From an uncultured Chthonomonadaceae bacterium (GTDB taxonomy: Bacteria; Armatimonadota; Chthonomonadetes; Chthonomonadales; Chthonomonadaceae), in contig CAWFQB010000004.1 of NCBI GenBank assembly GCA_963817895.1, positions 352,001-416,000 of the forward strand: 64,000 nucleotides of DNA. Reading direction: 5' to 3'. Below, piece after piece: positions 59,987 through 64,000 of this stretch. The notes below the pieces were generated by a model, which ran no database searches, was not told the DNA's origin, and saw only the letters and a program-made list of their open reading frames with translations. The position numbers and the translations under genes were made by a program. The stretch's first letter is position 1, and every line of letters starts with the position of its first letter.

Positions 59987-61663
59987 TCAACCTGCCTCAT
60001 TATTCATCAAGGTTTTTCCCTTTTTCAATAGATGCTTGTCAAACCTGTAATTACCAGCACCCTGGAAACGCCTCTGACGCAGACGATTTCTGGCACGTTC
60101 AAGACAGGGCTGCAATTCCGCGTATTCCGGTAGCATACAGCCAAGCAGTTGATCCGTTGCCGTAACCAGCAAATTCGAAGCGTCGCGCTGACCGCCTGCC
60201 TGTCGGCTGATCGTATCTAATCTTTCCAGATAGGGGCGCGTGTTTAGTACGGGAACGACGAGGCGGGCAAGTTCGGAAGGAACCAGTTCGAGGACGCCGC
60301 CTCCGTAGGTACGGCCTTCCAATTCGGCGGAAAGCAGGGTCAGGGAGTTGTGAAAGCCGGATACCAGATCGGTTTCCCGGTCGGCAAAGGCAGGCGTCAT
60401 TTCGCCCCGGTAAATGGTGTCCGTCGTGAATACGCGCGGCTGGTTGAGCAGCAGGCGGTGATGCTGGTGGGACCGCTTGGGCAGCATCAGGTTTCCCGCT
60501 TTGATGTGCGGAACCCGATACCACGGCGTTCGGATACGGCATTTGTAGCGTCCGGGCAGGTTGCGCTCCACGCCCGTTTGCAGATATTGCGCGGCAAGCG
60601 GATGCAGCATGGGATCGGGCCGGGGCGCGCTGAAATCCAGCAGCCAGCATTTGCGCCCCTGCTGCCGCGCCTGTTCCTGATCTGCCGCGTTGTAAACAAT
60701 CCCCAAACTGTCCGCCGTTCGCGCCAGAAGGGGACGCGCCCACTCCCATAATTCAAACTTCTCTACTACGCTTTCATCTACGGTGAAAAAGTCGTTGGCT
60801 CCCGTCACAATGGCAACCCCGATTGTGGCGACGCTTTTAAGAGGGTGAAAACCGGCAAGCCTTCGCGCCCTGCCGAACGCTTCCCATTCCGGCGCGGTCA
60901 GCAGATAGCGCATCCACGACTCGCCCGAAGCCGAAACAACATGCTGCCACGTTTGTATGCCCCCTGACGCATGTTCGCAAAACGTCGCCGTCCGTTCAGT
61001 CTGCGCATGGGGCGCGTAAGTGCCGCTGACAATTACCACGTCCTGCAAAATGTCGGGGAAAGCGTCACGAGGATACAGGTCTATTTGCAAATCGGCGCAA
61101 TGGCGACTCAGTTCCAACCGTATCTGCCCCGCCGAAATGGTTGTCAGCAGTTCGCTCGGCAATACAAGCGCGAACGCCCCGCCGGGTTTCAATAGCCGCA
61201 GACTCAACAGCGCGAAAGGTATCCAGAGGTTGGAAACGCCTTGCAATACCAGCCCCTCCGCGCGCAGCAATTGTTCGGCAAGGGTTCGGTCCTGTGCTGT
61301 GACAAACTGGTAGCGGACAAACGGGGGATTGCCCACAACGGCATCGAAGCGTTCCGCGTTGCCGTCCGCCCACGCGAAGAAACTGCCCGCGATTGTCTGG
61401 CCCGCAATGCCGTAACAGGTCATCGCGTCCCGGCATTTGGCGGCTTCTTCCTCATCAAGTTCAATACAGGTAAGGGTAGGCAACCGCAACTGCCCGCGTA
61501 TTACGAAATCACGAAAGCCGCGCGCAAACGCGCCATCCCCCGCAGAGGGTTCCAGTACGCGCAAAGAGCGGTTGGCGTCCGTCAATGTGGCGATACGTTC
61601 CAAACAGGCGGCCACAAGTAATGGCGACGTGTAGTACGCTCCACGCAGTTTGACCGCTCCCAT
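59987..61663 (-). CDS. N6-adenine DNA methyltransferase (gamma class, TaqI/Eco57I-like)
   Basis: GAYYT, VLEPSAGDGAF and VGNPPF in gamma order, C-terminal GRTYGGGVLEL. The 5' extension in the track runs through REPs. Confidence 0.88.
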   Translation of the reverse strand: MGAVKLRGAYYTSPLLVAACLERIATLTDANRSLRVLEPSAGDGAFARGFRDFVIRGQLRLPTLTCIELDEEEAAKCRDAMTCYGIAGQTIAGSFFAWADGNAERFDAVVGNPPFVRYQFVTAQDRTLAEQLLRAEGLVLQGVSNLWIPFALLSLRLLKPGGAFALVLPSELLTTISAGQIRLELSRHCADLQIDLYPRDAFPDILQDVVIVSGTYAPHAQTERTATFCEHASGGIQTWQHVVSASGESWMRYLLTAPEWEAFGRARRLAGFHPLKSVATIGVAIVTGANDFFTVDESVVEKFELWEWARPLLARTADSLGIVYNAADQEQARQQGRKCWLLDFSAPRPDPMLHPLAAQYLQTGVERNLPGRYKCRIRTPWYRVPHIKAGNLMLPKRSHQHHRLLLNQPRVFTTDTIYRGEMTPAFADRETDLVSGFHNSLTLLSAELEGRTYGGGVLELVPSELARLVVPVLNTRPYLERLDTISRQAGGQRDASNLLVTATDQLLGCMLPEYAELQPCLERARNRLRQRRFQGAGNYRFDKHLLKKGKTLMNNEAG

Positions 61664-61736
61664 GTCTTCCACCAACTTCAATCCGTCCACTCCCTGCCGC
61701 AAACAAAGCGCATAGGGTACACTCATCAAATAAAAT

Positions 61737-61848
61737 CCCGTAGGGACACAACATGTTGTGTCCTCCCCTGCGCCGTGTCTTCCTCTAATGATGCGGGCGA
61801 GAACATAACATACGCCAATGCGGACACAACATGTTGTGTCCCTACGGG
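61737..61848. repeat. Inverted pair of 27-bp GTAG REPs (REPIN-like)
   Basis: CCCGTAGGGACACAACATGTTGTGTCC at 61737-61763 and its exact complement at 61822-61848. Confidence 0.9.
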
Positions 61849-62696
61849 GTTGTTCTTTTGTAAACAAGTGGGTTCAGTTCGCTGGCGGCGGGTTCGCCCG
61901 GTTTTATGCCGGGAAGCCACGAGTCCAGATCGTTCTGGCGGTTTGGGTTGTCGGGGTTCAGGGCGAGTGTGCCGTCCGCGAAGTAGATGATGGTCATCAC
62001 TTCGCGGGTAGACGTTCCCGCGTTTCCCGGCGCGGAGTGCAGCGTCCAGCCCGCGTGGAAAGTGGCGTCGCCCGCCTGCATCACCGTATTCGTGACGTTG
62101 TAGCCTTTGTCTTTGACGATCTGCGCATACATGGCTTCGGATTCATCGGAAATAGCGACGTTTCCCAAAAAACCCTCCTGATGGGAACCGGTCGCGAACG
62201 TCAACGCGCCCATGTCAATCGGCACATCCACGAGCGGCATCCATAATGTAACCGTGTTCGCGGTATTGAGCGGCCAGTAGTATTGATCCTGATGCCAAGG
62301 CGTATGCCCGCCGCCCGCTTCCTTGTACAGCGATTGGTCATGGTACAAACGGACGCCCTCCACGCCCATCAAATCGGCAGCTATTTTGGCGAACCGGCGG
62401 GCAAGGGTGAATTTGCGGGCGGCGGGGTCATCGCGCCACAGGTTCATCGTCTGCAAAAACGCGCGTCCGTACGTGTCGCGCTCTGACATGGGGCGCGTTT
62501 CGTTATTAAGCGCATACGTGGCGTTGTTGAGAACGGGGCGGTACACGGCGATCTCATCCGGCGCGCAAACATGGCGCAGCAGCACATGGCCGTCGCGCCG
62601 ATACGCGGCAATCTGTTCCGCGCGCAGCGCGTACTCGCCGGAAAGGTCGGGCAGGTTTTCCAGAGCAGGCGCGGCTTCAAACGTCGTTGTTGTCAT
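61842..62696 (-). CDS. Phytanoyl-CoA dioxygenase family (Fe/2OG) protein
   Basis: TPWHQD, TLWMPL and AGDATFH...LHSAP.N. Confidence 0.9.
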   Translation of the reverse strand: MTTTTFEAAPALENLPDLSGEYALRAEQIAAYRRDGHVLLRHVCAPDEIAVYRPVLNNATYALNNETRPMSERDTYGRAFLQTMNLWRDDPAARKFTLARRFAKIAADLMGVEGVRLYHDQSLYKEAGGGHTPWHQDQYYWPLNTANTVTLWMPLVDVPIDMGALTFATGSHQEGFLGNVAISDESEAMYAQIVKDKGYNVTNTVMQAGDATFHAGWTLHSAPGNAGTSTREVMTIIYFADGTLALNPDNPNRQNDLDSWLPGIKPGEPAASELNPLVYKRTTP

Positions 62697-62850
62697 GGTT
62701 TTCCACTCCTCACAGGTTGCAGACGTTGAAAACGCCCGCCAATTCAGGGTAACAGCATTGTCAATTACCGCCGTATTTCCACGCGCTGCAAGTAAACTCC
62801 TGCATTTTGTGAGAACATCAAGGACACTCTACAAGGACACTCCACAGGTT

Positions 62851-64000
62851 ATGACCGCAACCAATTCGCCGCCATCCGCAACACCCGAAATGCAGACAGG
62901 AACAGACGCCGCGCCCTGGAAGCAGATGCTGTCCGGCGCAATCCGGCCCTGGCTCACGCTTGCTCTCGTCTGCGCCCTGTTTTCGCTGCACCCGGATTTT
63001 CGGCGCATCTTCTGGATGCGGGACAATTTTCCTGACGTGTTACAGCAGTCGGGGCGCAATGTGGTACTGGCTGTCGGTATGTCGTTTGTGATTTTGACGG
63101 GCGGCATTGATCTGTCCATCGGCTCGGTTCTCGCGCTTTCCGGGGTCGGTATGGCAATGGCGCTGACCGGCAAACCTGTTATGCCCGGCTGGCTCGCCTG
63201 CTTTGCCGCCGCGCCCCCTGCCGCTCTGTGCGCCTGGATTGCCTCCCGAAAACAGCGAACCACAGCGTTCCGCAGCGCAAACGCCTATCTAAACCCGCAG
63301 ACCGTAACGCCGCTTGTAGTCTTTATTCTGGTGGAAGCGCTAATGAGTTTGCTGCTGTCGAGGTTGGTTGCGGGTGGCCTGAAAGTGGAGGGCGCGATTG
63401 TTGTTGGATTGCTGATTGGTATGGGGTGTGGGTTAGTGAACGGGCTTGTGGTTTCGCTCGGGCGCGTGCCGCCGTTTGTGGCGACGCTGGGAATGCTCAC
63501 CGCTGCGCGCGGCCTGACGCTGACGGCAACGGATGGCAGCAGCATTGCCACGCCCTACCCGCGCCTGCTGGCATTGGGGCAGGGCTTGCCGCTTGTGGTT
63601 ATCACCCTGCTGATGGTGCTGCTCGGAACCTGGCTGCTGACCAAAACCCGGCCCGGAAGGTACATTCTCTCCATCGGCGGCAACGAGCAGGCGTCGCGAT
63701 TGAGCGGCGTGGACGTGGCGGCAAACAAAACTCTGGCCTACGTTCTGGCGGGACTGGCGGCGGGAGTGGGGGCATTACTGGTTACGGCGAAATTCGGGCT
63801 GGCAAGCACCAACGCGGGTACGGGAGCCGAACTCGACGCCATTGCCGCCGTCGTTATCGGCGGCACAAGCCTGAGCGGGGGCCGGGGCAATATCATGGGC
63901 GCGTTAATCGGCGCGTTGACCATTACCGTCATCACAATGGGCCTGGTATTGGTGCATGTGAAAAACGACCTGCAACCCGTGATTTTAGGCGCGGTCATCA
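62851..64000 (+). CDS. Sugar ABC transporter permease (RbsC-like), truncated by the window end
   Basis: Own translation from ATG 62851 gives LAVGMSFVILTGGIDLSIGS, VPPFVATLG, IGGNEQASRLSGV and ELDAIAAVVIGGTSLSGGRG. Confidence 0.9.
   Translation, partial: MTATNSPPSATPEMQTGTDAAPWKQMLSGAIRPWLTLALVCALFSLHPDFRRIFWMRDNFPDVLQQSGRNVVLAVGMSFVILTGGIDLSIGSVLALSGVGMAMALTGKPVMPGWLACFAAAPPAALCAWIASRKQRTTAFRSANAYLNPQTVTPLVVFILVEALMSLLLSRLVAGGLKVEGAIVVGLLIGMGCGLVNGLVVSLGRVPPFVATLGMLTAARGLTLTATDGSSIATPYPRLLALGQGLPLVVITLLMVLLGTWLLTKTRPGRYILSIGGNEQASRLSGVDVAANKTLAYVLAGLAAGVGALLVTAKFGLASTNAGTGAELDAIAAVVIGGTSLSGGRGNIMGALIGALTITVITMGLVLVHVKNDLQPVILGAVI

Noticed and set aside
61664..61867. N-terminal extension of the methyltransferase with repeated DTTCCV
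   Set aside because: It is the translation of the REP doublet, and the conserved methyltransferase begins at MGAVKLRGAYYT.
62819..62842. Tandem CAAGGACACTC repeat before the permease
   Set aside because: Only two 11-bp copies at the RBS, most simply a small local duplication.

Overview
A GC-rich bacterial chromosomal window. The gene repertoire (DUF1549/1553/1501 modules, HEAT/ankyrin/WD40 proteins, cyclase-STAND-TPR) would fit an Armatimonadota- or Planctomycete-like soil organism, but that is inference. Housekeeping genes are polA, hisD, purS/purQ, gatCAB and a PepV-like peptidase. Accessory content includes a secreted-protein operon (cytochrome c-DUF1549/DUF1553, DUF1501, FG-GAP, trypsin, propeller, WD40), two IS elements (IS982, IS3) that each interrupt a gene, HEPN and PIN toxin-antitoxin cassettes, and a broken HelD-like helicase. 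Several families of short palindromic repeats sit on stop codons, bracket a cargo gene or lie in frame inside proteins. The two best candidates for uncharacterised systems are (1) an AT-richer operon of MORC-like GHKL ATPase/histidine kinase, receiver domain and HNH nuclease facing an N6-adenine methyltransferase (56405-61663), and (2) a secreted S8 protease with a tail of NFGWGD repeats, divergent from a membrane HD-GYP-GAF-GGDEF protein (31217-36364). Many single-base frameshifts, including in polA and gatCAB, are probably sequencing errors. I saw no rRNA, tRNA or CRISPR array.
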